The notes under the pieces were generated by a model. It did no database searches and was not told the DNA's origin. It worked only from the letters and a program-made list of their open reading frames with translations. A program made the position numbers and the translations under genes. This document shows positions 39,342 to 47,524 of a DNA stretch of 64,000 nucleotides, in pieces. The stretch is from Dehalococcoidales bacterium. GTDB taxonomy: Bacteria; Chloroflexota; Dehalococcoidia; Dehalococcoidales; RBG-16-60-22. The stretch is taken from contig DAOUMS010000002.1 of the NCBI GenBank assembly GCA_034409565.1, forward strand, positions 66,223 to 130,222. Direction: 5' to 3'. The first letter of the stretch is position 1, and each line of letters begins with the position of its first letter.

Positions 39342-39974
39342 TTAGTGAATCAGTTGATTTTTTATAGCATAATAGGTCAGTTCGGCATTATTCTTCATTT
39401 TCATCTTTTCCAAAATACGTGACCTATAGGTGCTGATAGTTTTTTCGCTAAGAGAAAGCTCGTGCGCAATCTCCATTACTGTTTTCCCGGAGGCAATCAT
39501 GCGCATCACGTGATATTCACGGTCGGAGAGTGTCTCATGTGGTGCTTGCTCACGACCAACCTCCAGCTCAAAGGCCAGTTTTTCGGCAAGAGAAGAACTG
39601 ATATATTTACCACCCCTCGATACCTTTTGTATAGCTACTACCAATTCATCCGGTGCGCTTTCCTTGGTCAAATATCCTGAGGCACCAGCTCTTAAGGCCC
39701 GCAAGGCATACTGCTCCTCCGGGTGAATACTCAACATCAAAACGGGAAGATCCGGTTTTTCAATTCTGAGTTGTTTTAAAACATCCATCCCATCTCTGCC
39801 GGGCATGGTGATGTCAAGGACAACCACATCGTAATCATTCTCCTTTATCATGTTGAGCAATTCCTGCCCGTTGCTCGCTTCGCCAGCTACAGCCATATCC
39901 GAGGTTTCGGTGACTATCTGCTTCAGCCCTTGGCGAACAATTGCGTGGTCATCAGCAATTAGTATTTTAAGCAT
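39342..39974 (-). CDS. NarL/LuxR-family response regulator
   Basis: REC domain (ILIADDH, DVVVLDITMPGRDG) plus a LuxR HTH (LSDREYHVMRMIASGKTVMEIAHELSLSEKTISTYR). Confidence 0.92.
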   Translation of the reverse strand: MLKILIADDHAIVRQGLKQIVTETSDMAVAGEASNGQELLNMIKENDYDVVVLDITMPGRDGMDVLKQLRIEKPDLPVLMLSIHPEEQYALRALRAGASGYLTKESAPDELVVAIQKVSRGGKYISSSLAEKLAFELEVGREQAPHETLSDREYHVMRMIASGKTVMEIAHELSLSEKTISTYRSRILEKMKMKNNAELTYYAIKNQLIH

Positions 39975-41178
39975 CCTCCTCCTCCTTATTCGCTAGCGGA
40001 ATAATTACCACTGCCGTGGTCCCTTTACTTGGGATACCGCTGGTTTTAAACTCGCCTTGCCAAGAGCGGACGCGTTCTCTTATTCCGAGTAGGCCAAATG
40101 ATCTTGGATTAGAGATTTGTTCATTGGTGATTCCTCTGCCGTTATCCTTGAGTGTTAACACTATCTTGTCAGCTTCTTCTATCAGGCTTGCCTTGACCTT
40201 GGTGGCATCGGCATGGCGCGCAACATTCGTCAGCAGCTCCTGAAAAATTCGGAAAAGTACTGTAGAACGGTCGCTATCTAAGACGATATCGTCAGGTTTT
40301 ATGCTTATCTCGATGCGTATTCCGGTCAATTTTTGAAATTCACCGACTTGCCATTCCATAGCAGCTACTAGGCCAAAATCGTCTAATAGGCTTGGCCTCA
40401 ATTCTGCTGAAATGCTCTTTACTTTTTGGATGGTCATGTCAACGAGTTTAGACATTGACCTTGTCTTCTCCAACGATGATTCCTGGTCTGGAGGAAATTC
40501 TTTTGCCAGCCGGGACAGGTCAATTTTCAGAGCTGTTAGCAACTGCCCCAGCTCGTCGTGAATATCACGGGCCAGGTTAGTTCTTTCTTCTTCCCTTACC
40601 GATTGTAGATGGTCTGAAAGGCTGCGCAACTGTTGACGAGAAGCCCTTAATTGCTCCTCGGTATGTTTACGTTCGGTAATGTCTCTCACTAATACAAGGT
40701 CGGCAGGTCTTCCTTCATATGAGATTATGCTTGCATTAATCTCAACATTAATGGCACTACCATCTTTTCGTTTGAGTACTGTCTCGTAGATTGGCTCAAC
40801 ATTTTCACCTGACAAGCGCTGATTGTAACGGTCAATCACTATATGACGTTCTGCAGGATGAAGGTAATCAGTAAACGGAGTGCCAGTACTTTCTTGAACA
40901 GTGTAGCCACCCATTTCCGCCAGACGCGGGTTGAGGTATTTCATTATGCCGTCTTGAATAATGACGATGCCATCATTAGCCCGTTCTACCAGATTGCGGT
41001 ATTTTTCTTCACTCTCATGTAACGCTCTCTCAGCCTTTCTGTGCTCTATGAGTTCTAGCTTCAAATGTTTTTTTACCTGTCTGTGCTCGACCTTTATTTT
41101 TAAAAGGTTGGCGATACGGAGACGTAGCTTTTCTAGCTCCTGGGTAAGTTGCCCTTTTGTTCTATTAATGCGACTCAT
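39967..41178 (-). CDS. Cytoplasmic PAS sensor histidine kinase (HisKA_3 type)
   Basis: N-terminal coiled coil, PAS domain, H-box DIHDELGQLLTAL and HATPase_c domain. I see no TM segment. It overlaps the regulator start by 8 nt. Confidence 0.9.
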   Translation of the reverse strand: MSRINRTKGQLTQELEKLRLRIANLLKIKVEHRQVKKHLKLELIEHRKAERALHESEEKYRNLVERANDGIVIIQDGIMKYLNPRLAEMGGYTVQESTGTPFTDYLHPAERHIVIDRYNQRLSGENVEPIYETVLKRKDGSAINVEINASIISYEGRPADLVLVRDITERKHTEEQLRASRQQLRSLSDHLQSVREEERTNLARDIHDELGQLLTALKIDLSRLAKEFPPDQESSLEKTRSMSKLVDMTIQKVKSISAELRPSLLDDFGLVAAMEWQVGEFQKLTGIRIEISIKPDDIVLDSDRSTVLFRIFQELLTNVARHADATKVKASLIEEADKIVLTLKDNGRGITNEQISNPRSFGLLGIRERVRSWQGEFKTSGIPSKGTTAVVIIPLANKEEEDA

Positions 41179-41503
41179 TGGTAATCGCCTCGGGAAAGGT
41201 GCTTCATACTTGATTATTATAAATTATAGCATGCTCCTCTAGCCTTTGGTCAGAATGATACGTTATATACTGGAAGACACTTAAGTAGTGCAACCGCAGT
41301 CAATAAGATAATCGTGTTAGCTTCCTCTGATTTTACAAAATTGGGAAATTGTTAATGAGCTATTACCCGTTGAGAACGATTACCCAGTTCATTTACTAGA
41401 CCGTGCAGGTCTCGAACTGTAACTACTAAAATTAAAGATACATATTTTGCGGATGTTGAATTTACTTGATTATAGAGTTATCCTGTTTAGCAAATAAAAA
41501 AGT

Positions 41504-41633
41504 TAAGCAGTTTGTTAAGCAAAGTGCCGAGTATACTGAGTAGCTGAAAGGAGAGCCATAAAAAATGAGGAAAATTAGCCTCAAAAATGGTGAGCCGCGG
41601 AGGACTCGAACCTCCAACCGGCTGATTAAGAGT
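41504..41633 (-). repeat. Direct repeat copy 2 (att-like), part of the intact tRNA-Lys plus its 3-prime flank
   Basis: See copy 1 at 30815-30943. Confidence 0.9.
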
Positions 41634-41663
41634 CAGCTGCTCTGCCAGTTGAGCTAGCGGCCC
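41588..41663 (-). tRNA. tRNA-Lys (anticodon CTT), CCA encoded
   Basis: The reverse complement folds as GGGCCGC-TA-GCTC-AACTGGCA-GAGC-A-GCTGA-CTCTTAA-TCAGC-CGGTT-GGAGG-TTCGAGT-CCTCC-GCGGCTC-A-CCA. Confidence 0.93.
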
Positions 41664-41750
41664 ATGCGTCCATCAGACAAGCTTTATTTTAACATTCTGT
41701 TAGCTTCAGAGGCAAGCAAACCCCTGAGGCCGTTAAGGGTGATAGCTATG

Positions 41751-42080
41751 TTACTTCTCCCAGGTCTTAATCTCCTCGTACTGCACGCGCCACTTTATCT
41801 CCCACCCGCCTTTTGCCCAGGTCTCGTTCATCTCCGCTCTCGCCTCAGCCAGTTCCTTGCTTCCTGAATATGCCTGGTATTCGGCCGGGCTGCCAAATTC
41901 ATAGACGCAGATATAGGTCGGGAACTCGTCAGTTTTATTCAACATCTTGTACCTGGTTACCTTCTTCATCCCTTTGTACCTGAAAAGCAGCGGGATGTGT
42001 ACTTCGTTGTACCATTTGTTGAATTTTTCTTCGACCTCCGGCGTGCTTTCGGTGGCGACAATGTTGATTACTTTGGCCAT
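41751..42080 (-). CDS. Small alpha/beta hypothetical protein (EthD/Dabb-like, weak call)
   Basis: ATG 42080 (MAKVINIV) lies 8 nt after AAGGAGG. The product is 109 aa with no strong family motif. Confidence 0.45.
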   Translation of the reverse strand: MAKVINIVATESTPEVEEKFNKWYNEVHIPLLFRYKGMKKVTRYKMLNKTDEFPTYICVYEFGSPAEYQAYSGSKELAEARAEMNETWAKGGWEIKWRVQYEEIKTWEK

Positions 42081-42107
42081 GATGAAGTCCTCCTTCAATG
42101 TTTTTGC

Positions 42108-42608
42108 TTAAACGACATTAACGCCAGAAAATAGTTTGTTGGCAATAAGACCGGCAATCGGTGGGAAGAAGAAGACGCAGGCCAGCCGAATCAGGGCGAA
42201 TTTCCAGCCCAGTAGGCCTACTTCCATGGGCATTCGACTGACAGCTAATAGTGACCACGCGGTGATAAGTGCCACCATCGTGCCGATACTTGCCCCGGTG
42301 CGCAGCAGGCCGGCAACGATGGGCATACTGACATAGGGCCCACCGGGCATAAAGCCGCCGATGGCGGAACCGATGAGCAGGCCACGGAAGCCGGATTCAG
42401 CACCAACCCAGTTTGATATTATTTCCTGCGGGATTAGAATTTGAATCATGCCCCCGACGATAAAGGCAAAGATGAGCAGGGGAATAATCTGCAGCAGCAG
42501 GTTTCCCGCTGATTTTAAACCGACGATGTGTTCTCCACCCCCGCGCTGATAACCGATATAGAGAAGGACTACGGCAATCACCCCCATAATGAGCGTTGGG
42601 ATAAGCAT
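42108..42608 (-). CDS. Permease-family membrane protein (DUF318/ArsP-like half-size)
   Basis: ATG 42608 (MLIPTLIMGV) lies 9 nt after AAGGAGG. GGFMPGGPYVSMPIVAGLL is a typical motif. The track start at 42722 lacks an SD. Confidence 0.65.
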   Translation of the reverse strand: MLIPTLIMGVIAVVLLYIGYQRGGGEHIVGLKSAGNLLLQIIPLLIFAFIVGGMIQILIPQEIISNWVGAESGFRGLLIGSAIGGFMPGGPYVSMPIVAGLLRTGASIGTMVALITAWSLLAVSRMPMEVGLLGWKFALIRLACVFFFPPIAGLIANKLFSGVNVV

Positions 42609-42733
42609 TGTCGGGAGCCTCCTTCTTTGTCTAATTACGTTGCGGCGTTCATTCACCATAAATGCTCCAGATGGCATGAAATGGTAACTAACAGTATAGC
42701 TAGGAAATGGATGATTTGGCAAACGGCGGGTAG

Positions 42734-42976
42734 CTAGCCCGTATCCTGTCTTCCAGGGAACTGCCGGTTGAACTTGTCCTGAAGGGCCTTGATTTCCTGC
42801 TGCTTTTGAAACTCCTCTTCGCTGAGGGGTTCGCAGGAGGTGAGTCTGTCTTTATTGAGGGTGATAGTGAAGAGTGCGCGGCATTTCCAGCACTTGTACG
42901 GGCCCTCATAGTGTGACTCAACCAGCGAGATGCTGCCCTCGGTCTGGCAGGCAGGGCATTTGATTTTGACTATCAT
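42734..42976 (-). CDS. Small zinc-ribbon protein (80 aa)
   Basis: CPAC..(18)..CWKC ribbon followed by a charged helical tail. It lies 32 nt downstream of the methyltransferase. Confidence 0.6.
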   Translation of the reverse strand: MIVKIKCPACQTEGSISLVESHYEGPYKCWKCRALFTITLNKDRLTSCEPLSEEEFQKQQEIKALQDKFNRQFPGRQDTG

Positions 42977-43008
42977 GGTTAATATCTTACAACTTTTTGG
43001 CTGATTGG

Positions 43009-43659
43009 TTAAAGCTTTTTCAGCAGTAGGCAGATATTTCGGGAAAAATATTTTATCGGAAATCGGTAGCTGCCTTCGGGAAAGGACTTGATTGCGGCAA
43101 AGCCGGTCTCTTTGGCCAGCTTTTCCAGTTCAAAATAGGTGAACAGGTAGTAATAGCGGTAAAGGGTCTTCTCTCTGGTACGCCACGGCACGGCAATCTC
43201 CCTGCCTTTAAACCAGAATTTAGGCTGCCAGCGGTTCCAGACGGTGATGAAGGCTTCACCACCGGGTTTCAGCACGCGTTTGAGCTCCCGCAGCGCTGCC
43301 AGCTTGCCTGTTTTACCCCTGATATGGTGATAGGTGGCCACTGCAATGGCAAAGTCAAACGTGTTATCCCGGTAGGGCAGGGAACGGACGTCGGCAAGAG
43401 CGAGGTTTACCTTGAAGTCGTACTTTTGCGCGTATTTCTGGGCAAAACCGAGCATCTCCGTGGATAAGTCCACGCCGTACAGTTCAAATTTTGATTTGAA
43501 GGGCAGGAAGTCAGGACCGTGGGCACAGCCGAGATTGAGCAGCCGGCCTTCGCCCCAACGCGTCGCCAGGGCCTCCAGTTCCCGCCTGAAGATTGACCGG
43601 TGCCGGAAGTTATACCAGCTCGGCGCAATCTGGTCAAATACGTCCTTGATTGTTGCCAT
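43009..43659 (-). CDS. Class-I SAM methyltransferase with Trm9/ALKBH8-like motif pattern
   Basis: FDQIAPSWYNFRH, LNLGCAHG, FDFAIAVATYHH, GGEAFITVWN, AVPW and the C-terminal YRYYYLFTYFELEKL. This pattern is recalled from the Trm9 family and was not searched. Confidence 0.65.
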   Translation of the reverse strand: MATIKDVFDQIAPSWYNFRHRSIFRRELEALATRWGEGRLLNLGCAHGPDFLPFKSKFELYGVDLSTEMLGFAQKYAQKYDFKVNLALADVRSLPYRDNTFDFAIAVATYHHIRGKTGKLAALRELKRVLKPGGEAFITVWNRWQPKFWFKGREIAVPWRTREKTLYRYYYLFTYFELEKLAKETGFAAIKSFPEGSYRFPIKYFSRNICLLLKKL

Positions 43660-43708
43660 CAGTGCAATCTGATAAACTGAAATTGTACTCTATTATAGCA
43701 GGGCAGGG

Positions 43709-45100
43709 ATGAAAAAACTCGCTAGGACAATATCCGGGGTGACGCCGGTGGCGGCGATGACCCGGCCCATAAAGTGCCCGGGACAGTGCTTCTACTGCCC
43801 GACTTTTGCTAACACCCCGCGCAGCTATACGCCGGCATCGCCGGCCGTCTTCCGCGCCCGGCAGTACGATTACGACCCCCGCCAGCAGGTGGCGGTGAGG
43901 TTGAGGGTGCTGGGGGAGATGGGCCACCCCACCGACAAGGTGGAGCTGATTATCATGGGTGGGACCTTTCTGGCACAGCCGCTGGACTATCAGTACGAGT
44001 TCATCAAAGGCTGCTATGATGCCCTGAATGAGCGTGAGTCGGCCACGCTGGCAGAGGCGAAGCGCTGGAATGAGACGGCCAGTCACCGCTGTACCGGACT
44101 GTGTATCGAGACCAGGCCCGACTGGTGCCGACAGGAGGACATCGAGCGCATGCTCGAGTTCGGTACCACACGGGTGGAGCTTGGTGTACAGACTCTGGAT
44201 GACGATATTTACCGTCTGGTGCGGCGGGGGCACAGCGTGGCGGACGTGATTTGCGCCACCTCGCGGCTCAAGGAGCACGGCTTCAAGGTGTACTATCACT
44301 GGATGCCCGGACTGCCCGGCTCAAGCCCGGAGCAAGACCTGGCGCTGTCCAGAAAGCTGTTCGATGATGCCAGCTTCCGTCCGGACGGGCTGAAGCTGTA
44401 CCCGACCATGGTCATTGAGGGGACCGAGCTGGAAAAGTGGCGTCAGGCAGGGAAATACCAACCCTATGATTTCGATGTCATGGTTGACCTGCTCGCGGCG
44501 ATAAAGGCGCTCGTGCCCAAATACGTCCGGATTTCGCGGGTGCTGCGCGATATACCGCCGCAGTTCATTACTGGCGGCCCCAGGGACTCTCTGCGCGGCC
44601 TGCTCAGAGAGCGGCTACAGGCGCGGGGACTGGAATGCAAGTGCATCCGCTGCCGTGAATACGGGCACCGGGCGAGGGATGGCTGGGAGATAGAGGGACC
44701 TCACTTGGAACGGCTGGACTACCAGGCATCCGGTGGCCGGGAAATATTCCTTGCCTGCGAAGATGAGATGGAAACGCTTTTCGGCCTGCTGCGACTGCGG
44801 CTCCAGGATAAGCCGGTGCCGGTTCTGGGACAGGAGCCGGAAGGGACTCTGGCCATAATCAGGGAGTTGCACACTTTCGGCCCCGAGGTTCCGCTGGCCG
44901 AGCAAAGGCTGGACGCTGCGCAGCATAAAGGCATCGGCCGGACGCTTCTCCATGAGGCGGAGCGCATCGCGGCCGATGAGTTTCAGGCAAAGCAGGTTCT
45001 GGTGTTGAGCGGGGTCGGTGCCCGCGAGTACTACCGCACCGAGTCGGGCTATCGTAATCAGGGCGAGTATATGGTCAAGGAACTAACGCCGGCGCATTAG
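43709..45100 (+). CDS. elp3: Bacterial Elp3 homologue (radical-SAM plus GNAT; tRNA U34 cm5 modification)
   Basis: Radical-SAM CPGQCFYC (CxxxCxxC), a central TIM-like region, and a C-terminal acetyl-CoA motif QHKGIGRTLL. At 463 aa it is similar in size to the Dehalococcoides Elp3. Confidence 0.88.
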   Translation: MKKLARTISGVTPVAAMTRPIKCPGQCFYCPTFANTPRSYTPASPAVFRARQYDYDPRQQVAVRLRVLGEMGHPTDKVELIIMGGTFLAQPLDYQYEFIKGCYDALNERESATLAEAKRWNETASHRCTGLCIETRPDWCRQEDIERMLEFGTTRVELGVQTLDDDIYRLVRRGHSVADVICATSRLKEHGFKVYYHWMPGLPGSSPEQDLALSRKLFDDASFRPDGLKLYPTMVIEGTELEKWRQAGKYQPYDFDVMVDLLAAIKALVPKYVRISRVLRDIPPQFITGGPRDSLRGLLRERLQARGLECKCIRCREYGHRARDGWEIEGPHLERLDYQASGGREIFLACEDEMETLFGLLRLRLQDKPVPVLGQEPEGTLAIIRELHTFGPEVPLAEQRLDAAQHKGIGRTLLHEAERIAADEFQAKQVLVLSGVGAREYYRTESGYRNQGEYMVKELTPAH

Positions 45101-45477
45101 GGGCGTCTTCTTTTTCTCTCCAGTTGTCTCAGTCTGGCATCGCCGATGCCGAAATGGTGGGCGATTTCATGCTTTACCACCCGCTGTACTTCGCGCCGAA
45201 TTTCGGCATCGCTGCGGCAGACGGCCTCAATAGGCTCCTGGAAGATGGTGATTTTGTCCGGCGGCACCATGCCGTAGGAGCGGCTTCGCCTGGTCAGAGG
45301 CACGCCCTCATATAACCCCAGCAGCATCTGGCCGCGTTTCAGTCTGGCGTCAGCCAGCTGGTGGGACGTCGGCTCGTCCTGCACCACGACGTCGATATTA
45401 TCCATGCGCTCTTGGAACTCGTTAGGCAGGTCGGCCACGGCCCTGGCTACCAGCCATTCGAACCTCTCTCTGTCCAT
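45097..45477 (-). CDS. Zincin-like metallopeptidase family protein (DUF1025-type)
   Basis: HEIAHHFG zinc motif and LLGLYEGVPLTRR. Confidence 0.8.
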   Translation of the reverse strand: MDRERFEWLVARAVADLPNEFQERMDNIDVVVQDEPTSHQLADARLKRGQMLLGLYEGVPLTRRSRSYGMVPPDKITIFQEPIEAVCRSDAEIRREVQRVVKHEIAHHFGIGDARLRQLERKRRRP

Positions 45478-45480
45478 GGT

Positions 45481-45897
45481 TTATCCTCTCCGGTGTTCCT
45501 TTTTCCAGAGCCACCAGACAAACCAGATAAGTATACCGTAAGCATTGAGCGCGGCGAAGAGGTAAAGCAGGGCGATGACCAGGCTCCAGGGTAGCTCGGA
45601 CTGTGGTGATGGCAGAAAGCGCGTGAAATGAATAATGCCGCCGATCAAGGCACCGGTGGCCATCACTGCGAGGCTGACCCAGACCGGGAGATTGGTAAGC
45701 ATTTTCCGGTTTGGTTTAAGGACCAGATAAAGAATAAGGGCGTACAGACCGAGAACTGCCAGAATGACCAGAGCCGACATGACCAGGCCGCTGGTGGAAA
45801 AGTTAACCGCCAGTTCCCAGCCGATGCGGATAATAATGGCCGCGAAAACAGCTGTTATGGTTACCAGAGACCATATCCTGAGCGATAGATGTTTCAT
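45481..45897 (-). CDS. Hypothetical 4-TM membrane protein
   Basis: Four hydrophobic helices. Its stop lies 3 nt before the metallopeptidase start. Confidence 0.5.
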   Translation of the reverse strand: MKHLSLRIWSLVTITAVFAAIIIRIGWELAVNFSTSGLVMSALVILAVLGLYALILYLVLKPNRKMLTNLPVWVSLAVMATGALIGGIIHFTRFLPSPQSELPWSLVIALLYLFAALNAYGILIWFVWWLWKKEHRRG

Positions 45898-45938
45898 TTT
45901 TGCCGGTACACAGCATTTGCCGGATGGGAATCACTCAA

Positions 45939-46280
45939 TTACCACTTCCCCATTTCTTCCAGCACCTTGATTACTCTCCAGAACCAACCGACCGCCGGAG
46001 TTCCGCCCATGGCTATGCCAACCGCCACTGCTTCCAGGACTTCTTCCTTGGTTGCCCCGGCTTCCACGGCCCTTCTGGTCTGGGCAATAATGCAGCCGGT
46101 GCAGCCAGCGCGAAGCGCGATGCCCAGGGCGATAAGCCTTTTCATCTTGGTCGGGAGTGCCCCATCTCCATATACCTGATTGATGAATTCGGCGTGGGGC
46201 TTCATTACATTGGGCAGTGCTTCATTGAATTTATCGCGATACCTCACGATGGTATCATAGAATTCCATCTGGTTCTCCAT
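45939..46280 (-). CDS. Carboxymuconolactone decarboxylase (AhpD-like) family protein
   Basis: KRLIALGIALRAGCTGCI with a CxxC motif. Confidence 0.8.
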   Translation of the reverse strand: MENQMEFYDTIVRYRDKFNEALPNVMKPHAEFINQVYGDGALPTKMKRLIALGIALRAGCTGCIIAQTRRAVEAGATKEEVLEAVAVGIAMGGTPAVGWFWRVIKVLEEMGKW

Positions 46281-46318
46281 GAATGTTGCCTCCTTTATTA
46301 TTATTTTACTTTATATGC

Positions 46319-47482
46319 TTATTTCCGCCCGGTGGCCTCACTCCAATCGTCATGGGTCGCCCAGAAGGCCCCCAGGTCGCTATATTTATAGGGCCTTTTG
46401 CTGAGCGCTGACTCGTCAATGTCTATCCCTAGGCCGGGCTTGGTCGGCAACTCGATGTAATTGTTTTCGGTTATTACCGGGAACGGCTCTCTGAGCACCT
46501 CTTCGTAGAAGGGGATGTCAATGGAGAAGAATTCGTGGATGAGAAAATTCGGGATGGCTGCTTCCAGTTGTATGCTGGCGGCGGTGAGCACCGGGCCGCT
46601 GGCATCGTGGGGGTTGACGCCTATGTAGTAGGCATAGGCCATGTCGGCGATTTTTTTTGTTTCCAGTATGCCGCCCGTGTGGGCGATGTCCGGGTTTATA
46701 ATTGACGCTGCCCGCTTCTCAAACAGGTCGCGGAAACCCCAGCGGCTGTAGATGCGCTCGCCGGCAACGACGGGTATATTGATGGCGTGGGCCACCCGCG
46801 CCAAGTCATCCATGCTGGCGTCGGTGGGTATGGGTTCCTCCCACCAGTAGGGGCGGTAAAGTTCCACGGCCTTTGCCAGCCGGATAGAGTTGTCCGGGCT
46901 CAACCGGCCGTGAACGTCTATTAGCAGCTCAACCTCATCGCCAACTGCCTCCCTGACCAGCTTTATCGCCTCCACTGTGCGGTTGAACTCCGTGGTATCG
47001 ATGAAGGTATCCATCCCCTGCATCGGGTCGAATTTCAATGCCCGGGCGCCCTTGTCCGCCATGTCTTTGGCCAGCCTGGCATAGTCATCGTATGATTTGG
47101 CCCCGAACCACCACCCGTTATGGTACATCTTGAGGCGGGGACGGCAGGCGCCACCGAGCAGGGTATAGACGGGCACGTTGAGGCTTTTGCCGAGGATGTC
47201 CCACATGGCTATCTCCAGCCCGCTGATGGCGCTGTACAGCACGAATGCCGGTTTCCAGTAGCTGTTCCGCATCAGGGTGCTGACGTGGAGCTCTATCTGG
47301 CGCGGGTCTTTGCCAATGAGGTAGTTCTCGCCGATGGTGTGAACATGGGCCTGCGTGGCCAGTTCGGCTGACTGGGTGGTGGCCTCGCCCCAGCCCTCGA
47401 TGCCCTCGTCCGTCTCCACCTTGACCAGCAGCCAGTTGAAGTGCCCGTGATAAAGATACGTTTTAACGCCGGTTACCTTCAT
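46319..47482 (-). CDS. Enolase-superfamily dehydratase (mandelate racemase/galactonate dehydratase-like)
   Basis: MKVTGVKTY..VETDEGIEGWGEA capping domain, and a barrel with DVHGR, WWEEP and AGER metal-ligand positions. Confidence 0.85.
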   Translation of the reverse strand: MKVTGVKTYLYHGHFNWLLVKVETDEGIEGWGEATTQSAELATQAHVHTIGENYLIGKDPRQIELHVSTLMRNSYWKPAFVLYSAISGLEIAMWDILGKSLNVPVYTLLGGACRPRLKMYHNGWWFGAKSYDDYARLAKDMADKGARALKFDPMQGMDTFIDTTEFNRTVEAIKLVREAVGDEVELLIDVHGRLSPDNSIRLAKAVELYRPYWWEEPIPTDASMDDLARVAHAINIPVVAGERIYSRWGFRDLFEKRAASIINPDIAHTGGILETKKIADMAYAYYIGVNPHDASGPVLTAASIQLEAAIPNFLIHEFFSIDIPFYEEVLREPFPVITENNYIELPTKPGLGIDIDESALSKRPYKYSDLGAFWATHDDWSEATGRK

Positions 47483-47524
47483 TGCCTTTCCTTTCTGTAA
47501 TTGATAAGGGGGTAAAACTTATTT

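Larger units (their letters stand above)
30815..41633 (-). mobile_element. Putative integrase-less genomic island inserted at tRNA-Lys(CTT)
   Basis: The bounds are the 129/130-bp direct repeats. The interior looks more AT-rich than the flanking core genes. No recombinase ORF is present. Confidence 0.55.

Noticed and set aside
41281-41293. The 13-mer ttaagtagtgcaa is shared between the island spacer (41281-41293) and the spacer at 50608-50620.
   Set aside because: Exact 13-mer matches are expected by chance many times in 64 kb on both strands, and the flanking sequence is unrelated.
43634-44299. A 221-aa minus-strand ORF overlapping the elp3 5-prime half. Comparable ORFs occur at 49734-50534, 51791-52321, 57360-58082, 60035-60610, 62287-62979 and 63277-63957.
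   Set aside because: They are antisense to confidently identified genes (elp3, enolase-family, hydratase, ABC ATPase, tuf, rplA, rplJ). They show no SD or family signal, so I treat them as shadow ORFs.
45097-45100. The convergent elp3 and metallopeptidase genes have stop codons that overlap on opposite strands (TTAG).
   Set aside because: The overlap is real but trivial. Short convergent overlaps are common in compact genomes and imply no special mechanism by themselves.
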